From contig JAYQJM010000005.1 in the NCBI GenBank assembly GCA_038142145.1, positions 515,816-579,815 on the forward strand: a stretch of 64,000 nucleotides of DNA, in the 5' to 3' direction. Each line of letters starts with the position of its first letter. Position 1 is the stretch's first letter. This DNA is from Candidatus Actinomarina sp. (GTDB taxonomy: Bacteria > Actinomycetota > Acidimicrobiia > Actinomarinales > Actinomarinaceae). The translations under genes were made by a program, and so were the position numbers. Under the pieces are notes generated by a model, which made no database searches, was not told where the DNA came from, and saw only the letters and a program-made list of their open reading frames with translations. Below are positions 46,365-54,713 of the stretch, in pieces.

Positions 46365-46896
46365 TCTGCTTTACTGAAAGTAGTTCATCAATCTTAACAA
46401 CATATTTATCTGTTAAGTCTTGGACCCTTGATTCAAGTCTTTTAATTTCATCTGCAGAATGATCATCTTTTAATTTAGTAATTTCATCAATACCAAATCT
46501 TCTATGGTTTCTAATACCAACTTTGGAATCTTCAGCTGCTTTTGATGCAACTTTTCCAAGTTCTTTTCTTCTTTCCTCGGATAATGGAGGGATTGGAATT
46601 CTTATAACTTCACCATCGTTTACAGGATTTAAACCTATGTCAGCATTCATAACAGCTTTTTCAATTTCATCTAAAGCACCTTTATCAAAAGGTTGGATAA
46701 CTAACAACTTAGGATCTGGTACAGAGATCGTTGCCAATTGCTGTAATGGTGTTTTCGTACCGTAATACTCAACATTAAGTTTGTCTACTAGTGCTGGGTT
46801 AGCTCTTCCAGTACGGATACTAGAAAATTCATCAACTAAATGATTGATTGAGCCTGCCATTTTGCCTTCAACTTGTTGGATTAAAGCTTCACTCAT
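46345..46896 (-). CDS. frr: Ribosome recycling factor
   Basis: 183 aa. SIRTGRANPALVDKLNVEYYG...IPIPPLSEERRKEL is typical of Frr. Confidence 0.95.
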   Translation of the reverse strand: MSEALIQQVEGKMAGSINHLVDEFSSIRTGRANPALVDKLNVEYYGTKTPLQQLATISVPDPKLLVIQPFDKGALDEIEKAVMNADIGLNPVNDGEVIRIPIPPLSEERRKELGKVASKAAEDSKVGIRNHRRFGIDEITKLKDDHSADEIKRLESRVQDLTDKYVVKIDELLSVKQNELLEV

Positions 46897-46900
46897 ATTG

Positions 46901-47602
46901 CTATTTTATTAATGTTCCTATGGATTCTCCACTTAAAGCTTTAAATATGTTGTCTTGTTTAGTTCCATCAAAAACTCTTACTTGCATTTTATTCTCTTCA
47001 CATAAAGTAATAGCTGTTAAGTCCATCACTTTTAATTTTTGATCTAAAACGTTTTTATAAGATATTTCATCAAACTTTTGAGCATCTGCGTGCTGTTCAG
47101 GATCTTTATCGAAAACACCGTCAACTCTTGTAGATTTAAGCATCAAGTTTGCGTCTATTTCTGCAGATCTTAATGATGCTGCTGTATCGGTAGTAAAGTA
47201 TGGATTACCTGTCCCAGCTGCAAATATTACTACCCTTCCTTTTTCTAAATGTCTTATTGCTCGAAGTCTTATGTAGGGTTCAGCAACTGCTGTCATGGTA
47301 ATTGCAGATTGTACTCTAGTTTGTGTACCGTTTTTATCAAGTGCATCTTTCAGAGCAACTGCATTAATTACAGTTGCTAACATACCCATATAATCAGCAT
47401 TAGCTTGAGCCATGTTTTTTGCAGATTCCTGAACACCTCTGAAAAAGTTACCACCACCAACTACGACGCCAATTTCAATCCCTTGATTATTAGCCTTGGT
47501 AATTTCTTTGGCAATTCTCTCAATTACCTCTGGGTCAATACCAAAATTTGTGTCCTGATTTGCAAATGATTCGCCAGAGAGTTTTAAAAGAATTCTACTC
47601 AA
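46901..47602 (-). CDS. pyrH: UMP kinase
   Basis: [18 protein letters not shown] and [16 protein letters not shown]. Confidence 0.95.
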   Translation of the reverse strand: MSRILLKLSGESFANQDTNFGIDPEVIERIAKEITKANNQGIEIGVVVGGGNFFRGVQESAKNMAQANADYMGMLATVINAVALKDALDKNGTQTRVQSAITMTAVAEPYIRLRAIRHLEKGRVVIFAAGTGNPYFTTDTAASLRSAEIDANLMLKSTRVDGVFDKDPEQHADAQKFDEISYKNVLDQKLKVMDLTAITLCEENKMQVRVFDGTKQDNIFKALSGESIGTLIK

Positions 47603-48211
47603 TTAAGCACCGACCTCAATTCTTGAGAATTTTTTAATATAAATTTTTTCACCTAATTTTCCTGAAAGCTCTTCAATCATTGTTCCAACTTTACCCTCAT
47701 AAAACTCAGGATTGCAAAATACTTGTTCGTTTAAAACGAAGTCTTTGTAGAACGAAGATATCTTACCTTCAACAATTTTTTCTATTACTTCTTGGGGTTT
47801 CCCTTCATTCTCTGATTGTTTTTGTATTATCTCTTTTTCTTCTGCAATTCTTGATTCTGGAACATCTTCAACATTTAAAAATTCAGGCTTAATTGCAGCA
47901 ATATGCATTGCTACTTGCTTAGCAATGTTGTTAAATTCCTCTGATTTAGCAACAAAATCTGTTTCGCAAGCTAATTCAACTAATACACCAGAAACTGCTC
48001 TGTCTTGTTGGTAATGAATGTAATCGCCAATTGCTCCTTGGTTAGCATCTTTATCTGCTCTTTTTTTAGAGTCTGCCAAGCCTTTTTCACGTAGATACTT
48101 AACAGCTTTGTCAAAATCACCATCATTTTCACTCAGTGCTTTTTTTGCATCCATCATTCCAGCACCAGTCATATCTCTTAGTTTTTTAACATCTCCAGCT
48201 GAAATAGACAT
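47603..48211 (-). CDS. tsf: Elongation factor Ts (short form)
   Basis: N-terminal UBA-like motif VKKLRDMTGAGMMDAKKAL. It is 202 aa, shorter than typical actinobacterial EF-Ts. Confidence 0.9.
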   Translation of the reverse strand: MSISAGDVKKLRDMTGAGMMDAKKALSENDGDFDKAVKYLREKGLADSKKRADKDANQGAIGDYIHYQQDRAVSGVLVELACETDFVAKSEEFNNIAKQVAMHIAAIKPEFLNVEDVPESRIAEEKEIIQKQSENEGKPQEVIEKIVEGKISSFYKDFVLNEQVFCNPEFYEGKVGTMIEELSGKLGEKIYIKKFSRIEVGA

Positions 48212-48921
48212 TATTCGCTCTCCTTATTTTCTACTTCTTCTCTTTTACCAGATCCTTTTAAGCAAGCATCAGCAATAGAAGATGTAATTAATTCGATCGA
48301 TCTTATTGCATCGTCATTTCCAGGTATTACTATCTCAACACCTTCAGGGTCAACATTTGAATCAGCAAGTCCTATTACAGGAATACCAAGTTTTTTTGCT
48401 TCAGTGATAGCAGTCGATTCATTTGCTAAATCAACGATAAAAATTGCATCAGGTAGTTTATTTAAATTAACTATTCCACCAATTGATTTGTTGAGCTTTT
48501 CAATTTCACGTCTAATTTTTAATCTCTCAGATTTTGTATATGCATTAATTTCTCCAGAGCTATCCAAAGACATTAATTCTTTTAAATATACAACTCTTTT
48601 AATGATCGTTTTAAAGTTAGTAAGCATTCCACCCAGCCATCTAAAATTAACATATGGCATTCCCGCTCTTATTGCTTGTTCTTCAATTACGCCTTGTGCT
48701 TGGGGCTTAGTACCTACAAAAAGTACTTTTCCACTATTTGCAACTAGCTTTTGAACATAATCATGAGCTTGTTCTATTGCTTCGTATGTGATTCTTAGAT
48801 CTAATATATGTATGCCGCTCTTTGCATCATAAATATAATTACTCATTTTTGGATTCCATCGTTGAGTTTGATGGCCAAAATGAACGCCTGCTTCGAGCAA
48901 GTCTTTCATTGATGTTGACAT
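48211..48921 (-). CDS. rpsB: 30S ribosomal protein S2
   Basis: LLEAGVHFGHQTQRWNPKM and FVGTK...RWLGGMLTN. RBS GGAG lies upstream. Confidence 0.97.
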   Translation of the reverse strand: MSTSMKDLLEAGVHFGHQTQRWNPKMSNYIYDAKSGIHILDLRITYEAIEQAHDYVQKLVANSGKVLFVGTKPQAQGVIEEQAIRAGMPYVNFRWLGGMLTNFKTIIKRVVYLKELMSLDSSGEINAYTKSERLKIRREIEKLNKSIGGIVNLNKLPDAIFIVDLANESTAITEAKKLGIPVIGLADSNVDPEGVEIVIPGNDDAIRSIELITSSIADACLKGSGKREEVENKESE

Positions 48922-48945
48922 TATTCTCCTTTGGTTATTTCATCC

Positions 48946-49004
48946 CATGTTCCTTGCTTTCGCGACTTCCAAACTTTCGTTCACCAAGGAAGCTTGCAAA
49001 CATG
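48946..49004 (-). promoter_or_regulatory. Structured, relatively GC-rich element in the rpsB 5' leader (candidate S2 autoregulatory leader)
   Basis: The minus-strand RNA is CAUGUUUGC-AAG-[CUUCC..AAC-GAAA-GUU..GGAAG]-UCGCGAAA-GCAA-GGA-ACAUG. It has an outer stem of about 9 bp and an inner hairpin capped by a GAAA tetraloop, and ends 24 nt upstream of the start codon. Confidence 0.35.
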
Positions 49005-49044
49005 GTGTCTAATCAATGCAAGTTTAATATGATGTAATTATTAA

Positions 49045-49902
49045 TCAACCCCTTGGATGGGATTGTTGATGCTTTAATTTCAATTGTTTTTTTGATACAT
49101 GAGTATAAATTTGAGTTGTACTTGGATCATTATGTCCTAAAAGTTCTTGCACTACTCTCAAATCAGCTCCTCCTTCAAGTAAATGTGTTGCAAATGTGTG
49201 ACGAATACTGTGAGGAAAAGTACCCAACCTAAGCTTTACAACTCTTCTAATCTCTCTATCACTAATTCTTGAACCTCTAACACCTAAAAACAATGCATTT
49301 TCAGAAGATTTAATATTCAGATTACTTCGAGAATTGTGAACATATTGTTTGATTGCTTTTGATGCTCGCTTTGTAATAGGAAGGATTCTTTCTTTATTTC
49401 CCTTTCCTAAAACTTTTATAGAGTTATTTTCATTAAAATCATTTAAGTTCAAATTACTTACTTCACTAACTCTTAAACCTGATGAGTACATAATCTCTAA
49501 TATTGCCATATCTCTAATTTCTTTACTGGTTGAATTAGGTAGTGTGTCTAGTAGCTGATTAATGTAATTAGAAGTCATGATAGAAGGAAGTTTTCTCTCT
49601 GCTTTAAGACTAAATACTGATTCTATTTTAGATTTGTCAAAATAATTTTTATCGCCGCACCAAATAAGAAATGTTTTTATTGCAGTTACTTTTCTATTTA
49701 TCGTTGATTTTGATAATTTTTTTTCGTAACAATCAGAAAGAAATAATGAAAAATTACCTAATTTAAAATCTCCATTTAAATATTGTTCAATATCCGTTTT
49801 GTAAGATTTTGCGGTATTTATAGAATAATTTTTGAGATTTGTTAAGTCATTTATATAAATACTTAGTATTTTTTTTTGGTCTGCTTTATTATTTAGTTTC
49901 AA
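49045..49902 (-). CDS. xerC: Tyrosine recombinase XerC/XerD family
   Basis: C-terminal catalytic region [39 protein letters not shown]. It occupies the conserved position next to rpsB. Confidence 0.8.
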   Translation of the reverse strand: MKLNNKADQKKILSIYINDLTNLKNYSINTAKSYKTDIEQYLNGDFKLGNFSLFLSDCYEKKLSKSTINRKVTAIKTFLIWCGDKNYFDKSKIESVFSLKAERKLPSIMTSNYINQLLDTLPNSTSKEIRDMAILEIMYSSGLRVSEVSNLNLNDFNENNSIKVLGKGNKERILPITKRASKAIKQYVHNSRSNLNIKSSENALFLGVRGSRISDREIRRVVKLRLGTFPHSIRHTFATHLLEGGADLRVVQELLGHNDPSTTQIYTHVSKKQLKLKHQQSHPRG

Positions 49903-50641
49903 GTTTTTTTTCTAAATTTCTTTGTAAACCAGACAAAAGAAGAGTAATGCTTAGATACAAAACTGTAAGTACAACATAGGTTTCTGTAAATCTAAATGTG
50001 CTACCTGAGTAAAGACGACCGGCATAAGTTATGTCTTGAACAGCCAAGACAGAAAGCAATGAAGAATCCTTCATCATTGAAATAAAATCATTTCCTAAAG
50101 CTGGGAGCATATTTCTAAATGCTTGCGGTAAAACTATGAATCTCATTGTTTGCTTATCATTGAGACCTAGAGACGCTCCACCTTCTCTTTGGCCAACAGG
50201 TACAGATTCAATTCCTGCTCTAAAAACTTCAGCAATATAAGCTGCATAAAATAAGCTTAAAGCAATAATCGCACGAGCCAACATGGGAACATTTCCATTA
50301 TTGATATTAAAAAATTTAGCTGCGTCTACAACAACAACAAATGCAATAGTAAATATCAAAATAAGAATTGGAACTCCCCTAATGAATTCAATATAGGTTC
50401 GAGAAATTGTACTTAAAAATGTATTATTTGAAATTCTCCCTATTCCTAATAGCAGACCTAAAACTATTGCAATAAAAAAAGAAACTATGGTTGCTCCAAA
50501 AGTAATTTTTATACCAGGGATGATAAATTTAAAGGCTTTGAGATATTCTTCACCGGTAATGATTGTGTAAACCATCCAAGATATGATGAAGAATAAAATG
50601 AAAGCCCACGAGTTTTCAGCTTTAAATATTTTCTTAATCAT
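49889..50641 (-). CDS. Amino-acid ABC transporter permease (His/Glu/Gln/Arg family)
   Basis: EAA-loop region [30 protein letters not shown], with 5-6 TM helices. Confidence 0.85.
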   Translation of the reverse strand: MIKKIFKAENSWAFILFFIISWMVYTIITGEEYLKAFKFIIPGIKITFGATIVSFFIAIVLGLLLGIGRISNNTFLSTISRTYIEFIRGVPILILIFTIAFVVVVDAAKFFNINNGNVPMLARAIIALSLFYAAYIAEVFRAGIESVPVGQREGGASLGLNDKQTMRFIVLPQAFRNMLPALGNDFISMMKDSSLLSVLAVQDITYAGRLYSGSTFRFTETYVVLTVLYLSITLLLSGLQRNLEKKLETK

Positions 50642-50652
50642 ATATAACCATC

Positions 50653-50686
50653 ATAAAACAATAGGCACGGATAACCGTGCCTATTG
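50653..50686 (-). terminator. Hairpin terminator/attenuator between the amino-acid SBP gene and the permease gene
   Basis: CAATAGGCACGG-TTAT-CCGTGCCTATTG forms a perfect 12-bp stem and is followed on the minus strand by TTTTAT. Confidence 0.6.
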
Positions 50687-50706
50687 AATTAAATATTACT
50701 ATTTAT

Positions 50707-51558
50707 TTATTCGTCGTATGATACATCTTCGATGTCATCATATGAAACAGTAAATCCAGGTGAGAAGAATTTATCATTAATCTCTTGTAACTTACCATTT
50801 TCTTTCATCAAAGCTAGACCTTGATTGATTACATCAACTAATGGACTTCCTTCTGGGAAAGCAAATCCTAATGGATCAGTTTGAAGACCTTCACCAACTA
50901 GTTTTACTTTGTCTTTATTTGCACCCATATATCCAAGACCTGCAACTTCATCAACAATTGATGCATCTGCGTCGCCTGAAATAACAGCTGCTATAGCAAA
51001 ATCAAACTGGTCGTAAGCGTCTACTTTATCAGCTCCAAAAAGTGATACTGCTAACTCGTAGTTAGTTGTTCCTTTTTGTGTAGCTACTTTAAAGTCACCA
51101 TTTTGAATATCTGCTGCTGTTGTAATATCAGAATTACCACTAGCAACTAGAATTCTTTGTTGTAAAACTATATAGCTATCAGAGAAATCGATAATTTTAT
51201 CTCTTTCTTCTGTTATTGAAATACCATCACCAGCAATCATGTACTGACCATCTGCAACAGCTTGGATCATTCCATCCCATGCAGCTGCAACATATACTGG
51301 TGTGAAATTCATTTGTTCAGCTAAATAATTGAAAACGTCATAATCCCAACCCTTGGCTTCACCATCTGCAGCATCAACATAGTTAAAAGGTAAATATGCA
51401 TTCTCAACAGCAAATGTAAATTCGCAGCCATCTAGATCTGGAAGACCGTTTTCTCCTGTAGTGATTTCAACTTCATCACATGGTGTAGCCGCTGTAGAAC
51501 AAGCAGCTGCAACAAGACCTAAAATTAAAATCAATAAAAGTGATTTTTTATTTTTCAA
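50707..51558 (-). CDS. Amino-acid ABC transporter substrate-binding lipoprotein
   Basis: TTG start preceded by GGAGG. Lipobox LVAAACS. Type-3 SBP features (FAVENAYLPFNY, GDGISITEERDKIIDFSDSY). Confidence 0.8.
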   Translation of the reverse strand: MKNKKSLLLILILGLVAAACSTAATPCDEVEITTGENGLPDLDGCEFTFAVENAYLPFNYVDAADGEAKGWDYDVFNYLAEQMNFTPVYVAAAWDGMIQAVADGQYMIAGDGISITEERDKIIDFSDSYIVLQQRILVASGNSDITTAADIQNGDFKVATQKGTTNYELAVSLFGADKVDAYDQFDFAIAAVISGDADASIVDEVAGLGYMGANKDKVKLVGEGLQTDPLGFAFPEGSPLVDVINQGLALMKENGKLQEINDKFFSPGFTVSYDDIEDVSYDE

Positions 51559-51586
51559 TTAATAATCCTCCGTTTTCCTAAGTTAG

Positions 51587-51632
51587 AATTATTGCATAAA
51601 TATTCATTTATATGTATATTTATGCAATTATT
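51587..51632. repeat. Inverted repeat upstream of the amino-acid SBP gene (candidate operator or AU-rich terminator)
   Basis: ATTGCATAAATAT (51591..51603) and ATATTTATGCAAT (51116+500 region, 51616..51628) are perfect 13-bp reverse complements separated by 12 nt. The arms extend to 17 nt with one mismatch. Confidence 0.35.
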
Positions 51633-52388
51633 TTATTCATCCAATGTATTTTTAAATTTAGGTAGTCTTTTATCAAAAAATGCCAGCATACCTTCTGCAG
51701 CATCACTATGAAGGAATCTAGATTTTTGATTTTTAGTTTCAATATCTAAGGAATCTTGGAATGTTCGATCTAGCCCTTTACGTATTTGATCTTTAACCAT
51801 ACATATAGAAATAAAACTTTGTTTATTTAACGTATCAATTAACAATTTAAATTCTGAATCAAGCTCGGAACTATTGCAGAGTTTATACAAAACATTTAAT
51901 TTATCTAAATCACTCCCATTAATTTCATTAGATGTCATCATTAATTCTTTTGCTTTTTGAATACCTACTATTCTTGGCAATAACCATGATCCTCCAAAAT
52001 CAACAACTAGACCTCTTCTAACGAACACTTCTATAAATCTTGTTTCAGGAGTGGCGATTATAAAGTCACTAAGCAGCAACATGTTAGAAGCAGCTCCAGC
52101 AGCTATACCATCAACAATTGAAATTACTGGTTTTTTGCAATTCCATAAAGCAAGAGCCGCATTAGAGACATCATCCATAGCTGAAACAGAATCTTCACCA
52201 AGTTGTGCACCTGCAGAAAAATTGCCATTTACATGTTTTAATACTAAATATTTACATTCACTTTTTTCAAATTTTTCTACTTCATCGATTATGTTTTTCC
52301 AATCAGTTGAAGCAATAGCATTTAAAGACGCCTCATCATTAAATTGGATATAATAAACTTCATTTGAAGTGCTTGATTCTAAAACCAT
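51633..52388 (-). CDS. Enoyl-CoA hydratase/isomerase (crotonase) family protein
   Basis: Oxyanion-hole region NFSAGAQLG and DGIAAGAASNMLLLSDFIIA, consistent with a crotonase fold. Confidence 0.8.
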   Translation of the reverse strand: MVLESSTSNEVYYIQFNDEASLNAIASTDWKNIIDEVEKFEKSECKYLVLKHVNGNFSAGAQLGEDSVSAMDDVSNAALALWNCKKPVISIVDGIAAGAASNMLLLSDFIIATPETRFIEVFVRRGLVVDFGGSWLLPRIVGIQKAKELMMTSNEINGSDLDKLNVLYKLCNSSELDSEFKLLIDTLNKQSFISICMVKDQIRKGLDRTFQDSLDIETKNQKSRFLHSDAAEGMLAFFDKRLPKFKNTLDE

Positions 52389-52425
52389 TATCTAAGTTTA
52401 ATCTATTTAAACCTAGAATGTTTAC

Positions 52426-52533
52426 ATGGGGTTTGATCCAAATAAACCATATAAAGCTAACAAGACAGATTATATAAATATTATTTTAGCTCTCGCTTTA
52501 ACAGCAGCTGTTGTTATTTGGGCACTAAATTAA
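52426..52533 (+). CDS. Candidate 35-aa single-TM micro-protein
   Basis: ATG-initiated ORF MGFDPNKPYKANKTDYINIILALALTAAVVIWALN in an otherwise unassigned 125-bp gap. Its 3' end overlaps the rnhB stop by 20 nt. No RBS is evident. Confidence 0.2.
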   Translation: MGFDPNKPYKANKTDYINIILALALTAAVVIWALN

Positions 52534-53101
52534 AAGATTCTCTATGTACTTCACTTAACCCGTATTTCACCAATGCAAGCCTGTGATCTTTTGTTCCGTA
52601 TCCTTTATTTTTTTCAAATAAATATTCCGGATATTTTTTAGAAAACTTAACCATAAGACTATCTCGTAAAACTTTTGCAATAATACTCGCTAGAGCAATA
52701 GGGCGTGAATTATCCTCACCTTTTACTAGAGAGATGGAGTGAAATTTATTGATTTTAAAATGATCAACATAAACAACATCACCATTTGAATAAACTTCTT
52801 CTATAGATTTAGTTAATACTTTTTCGTTTGAGTATTTAATTCCGAATTTATCTATTTCTTTATTAGATGATTCAACAAATGAAAACTGTATTTGATTATC
52901 AATAGCTAATTCGTAAATTTCGTTTCTTTTTTTTTCGGATAATTTTTTTGAGTCTTTTACATGTTGAAAGCTTTGCATTTGATGATAATTTACTCTTACA
53001 GCAGAAGCGCATATAGGTCCTGCGAAAGAACCTCTACCAACCTCATCTGCGCCAATAATAAATTTTTCTGGATTATCTGACCAGATCTTATCTTCAATCA
53101 T
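52514..53101 (-). CDS. rnhB: Ribonuclease HII
   Basis: IGADEVGRGSFAGPI (catalytic DE), DSKKLS and KGYGT. Confidence 0.9.
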   Translation of the reverse strand: MIEDKIWSDNPEKFIIGADEVGRGSFAGPICASAVRVNYHQMQSFQHVKDSKKLSEKKRNEIYELAIDNQIQFSFVESSNKEIDKFGIKYSNEKVLTKSIEEVYSNGDVVYVDHFKINKFHSISLVKGEDNSRPIALASIIAKVLRDSLMVKFSKKYPEYLFEKNKGYGTKDHRLALVKYGLSEVHRESFNLVPK

Positions 53102-53690
53102 CTAGATTTTTAAAATTATCAAATGGGTAAACAATAAACAACGCTTTACCTACTAAATTTTTCTTTGGTATAGTTCCTATAAATCTGGAGTCTTGACTGT
53201 TGTCTCTATTGTCACCAAGTACGAAATATTCTCCTACTGGCACGTTGTAAGTTTGTTCTTGAAAGTTTCTTCCTTCATCAATATTTAATACTGTAAACTC
53301 CTCAGCATTAACAAACACCTGTCCGTTTTCTTTAATAAGAATTTCGTCTCCACCAGTTCCTATAACCCTTTTTATAATTGCGGCATTCAAGTATGATTCT
53401 TCCGGATTAAAATTCCAAAGAATTTTGATACCTTCTATAAACTCTGCACCAATGTTTTGTATATATGGATTGTCAGGTGAGTAGAAAACTACGATATCTC
53501 CTGGTTTTATTTCTGAATTAATAATGTGATTTTTAACTACAAGAACTCTATCATTAATGTTTAATGTTGGCTCCATTGAGGAAGACGGTATATAGTAGAG
53601 TTGAACAACTGCAGTTCTTACAAAAGTAGCTGCACAAATTGCTAAAAAGATTGTTGTAAGTGTTTTAAAAAATTTTTTAGTATTTAAAAT
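53094..53690 (-). CDS. lepB: Signal peptidase I (start codon uncertain, ATT at 53690 proposed)
   Basis: The track ORF starts at MEPTL (53576), but the catalytic-Ser box and TM anchor continue in frame upstream: (I)LNTKKFFKTLTTIFLAICAATFVRTAVVQLYYIPSSSMEPTL. Box D (IIKRVIGTGGD) and box E (GDNRDNSQDSR) are present. Confidence 0.8.
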   Translation of the reverse strand: MLNTKKFFKTLTTIFLAICAATFVRTAVVQLYYIPSSSMEPTLNINDRVLVVKNHIINSEIKPGDIVVFYSPDNPYIQNIGAEFIEGIKILWNFNPEESYLNAAIIKRVIGTGGDEILIKENGQVFVNAEEFTVLNIDEGRNFQEQTYNVPVGEYFVLGDNRDNSQDSRFIGTIPKKNLVGKALFIVYPFDNFKNLDD

Positions 53691-53692
53691 TT

Positions 53693-54037
53693 CTAGTTTC
53701 TATCTTCTTTAATTTTTGCAGATTTTCCGACTCTGTCTCTTAAATAATAAAGCTTTGATCTTCTAACTTTACCTTTTCTAACAACTTCAATAGAGTCGAC
53801 GATAGGAGCATGCACTGGGAAAATTCTTTCTACACCTACGCCAAATGAAAGCTTTCTAACTGTAATAGTTTTGTTTACACCAGCACCATTTGCTGCAATG
53901 ATAACACCCTCAAAAGTTTGAATTCTTTCTCTATTTCCCTCGATAACTTTGACATTAACTTTAACGGTGTCACCTGATTTAAATGCAGGTAAATCTTCTT
54001 TTAAGTATTCACTTTCAATGTTATTTATTAAGTCCAT
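53693..54037 (-). CDS. rplS: 50S ribosomal protein L19
   Basis: 114 aa. [30 protein letters not shown] is typical of L19. Confidence 0.97.
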   Translation of the reverse strand: MDLINNIESEYLKEDLPAFKSGDTVKVNVKVIEGNRERIQTFEGVIIAANGAGVNKTITVRKLSFGVGVERIFPVHAPIVDSIEVVRKGKVRRSKLYYLRDRVGKSAKIKEDRN

Positions 54038-54074
54038 ATTTACTCCAGATAGAGATTATAAAGCCAAAAATAGT

Positions 54075-54713
54075 TTATATGTCTTTTAAATTTTTCTTTT
54101 TCCACAAGTCTATTTCCTTGTGATTTCCAGAAAGTAGAACCTCAGGTACAATTTTTCCTTTAAATTCTTCTGGTCTTGTATACACAGGGTAATCAACTTT
54201 ATCATTAGTAAATGTTTCTGAATTTAATGATTCTGGATTGCCTAAAACTCCAGGTATTTTTCTTATTAAAGATTCCATAAGAAACATTGCTGGTACTTCC
54301 CCACCAGAGACAACACTGTGACCAACTGCAATTTCATAGTTTGAATGTAGATCCAATATTCGCTGATCGAATCCCTCGTACCTACCGCAAACTAAATTAA
54401 TTTTTTTATATTCATGTAATTCAGTAATTAGATCTTCATCTAGTTGTTTTCCTGCAGGTGTGAGAAAAATATTAATATCAGCATCAGAAGAATTAATAGC
54501 GGCATCTAACGGTTCTGGCATCATGACCATTCCTGGACCACCTCCATATGGTGCGTCATCAACTTGTTTATAATTTCCAGTACCAAAATCTCTTAAATCA
54601 ATTTCAGATATTTGAAATAACTCTTTTTTTAAGCCTTGATTTACAACACCACATTCTTTCCAAGAACTAATTAGCTCAGGAAATAATGTAATAACTTTAT
54701 AATCTGTGATCAA
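54075..54713 (-). CDS. trmD: tRNA (guanine37-N1)-methyltransferase
   Basis: DDAPYGGGPGMVM, LVCGRYEGFDQR and SGGEVPAM. Confidence 0.95.
   Translation of the reverse strand: MITDYKVITLFPELISSWKECGVVNQGLKKELFQISEIDLRDFGTGNYKQVDDAPYGGGPGMVMMPEPLDAAINSSDADINIFLTPAGKQLDEDLITELHEYKKINLVCGRYEGFDQRILDLHSNYEIAVGHSVVSGGEVPAMFLMESLIRKIPGVLGNPESLNSETFTNDKVDYPVYTRPEEFKGKIVPEVLLSGNHKEIDLWKKKNLKDI

Noticed and set aside
49045-49902. The tyrosine recombinase as the integrase of a mobile element or island.
   Set aside because: It lies in the conserved rpsB-adjacent xerC position of actinobacteria. I could see no flanking direct repeats, tRNA target or phage/plasmid cargo genes. It is interpreted as the chromosomal dimer-resolution recombinase.
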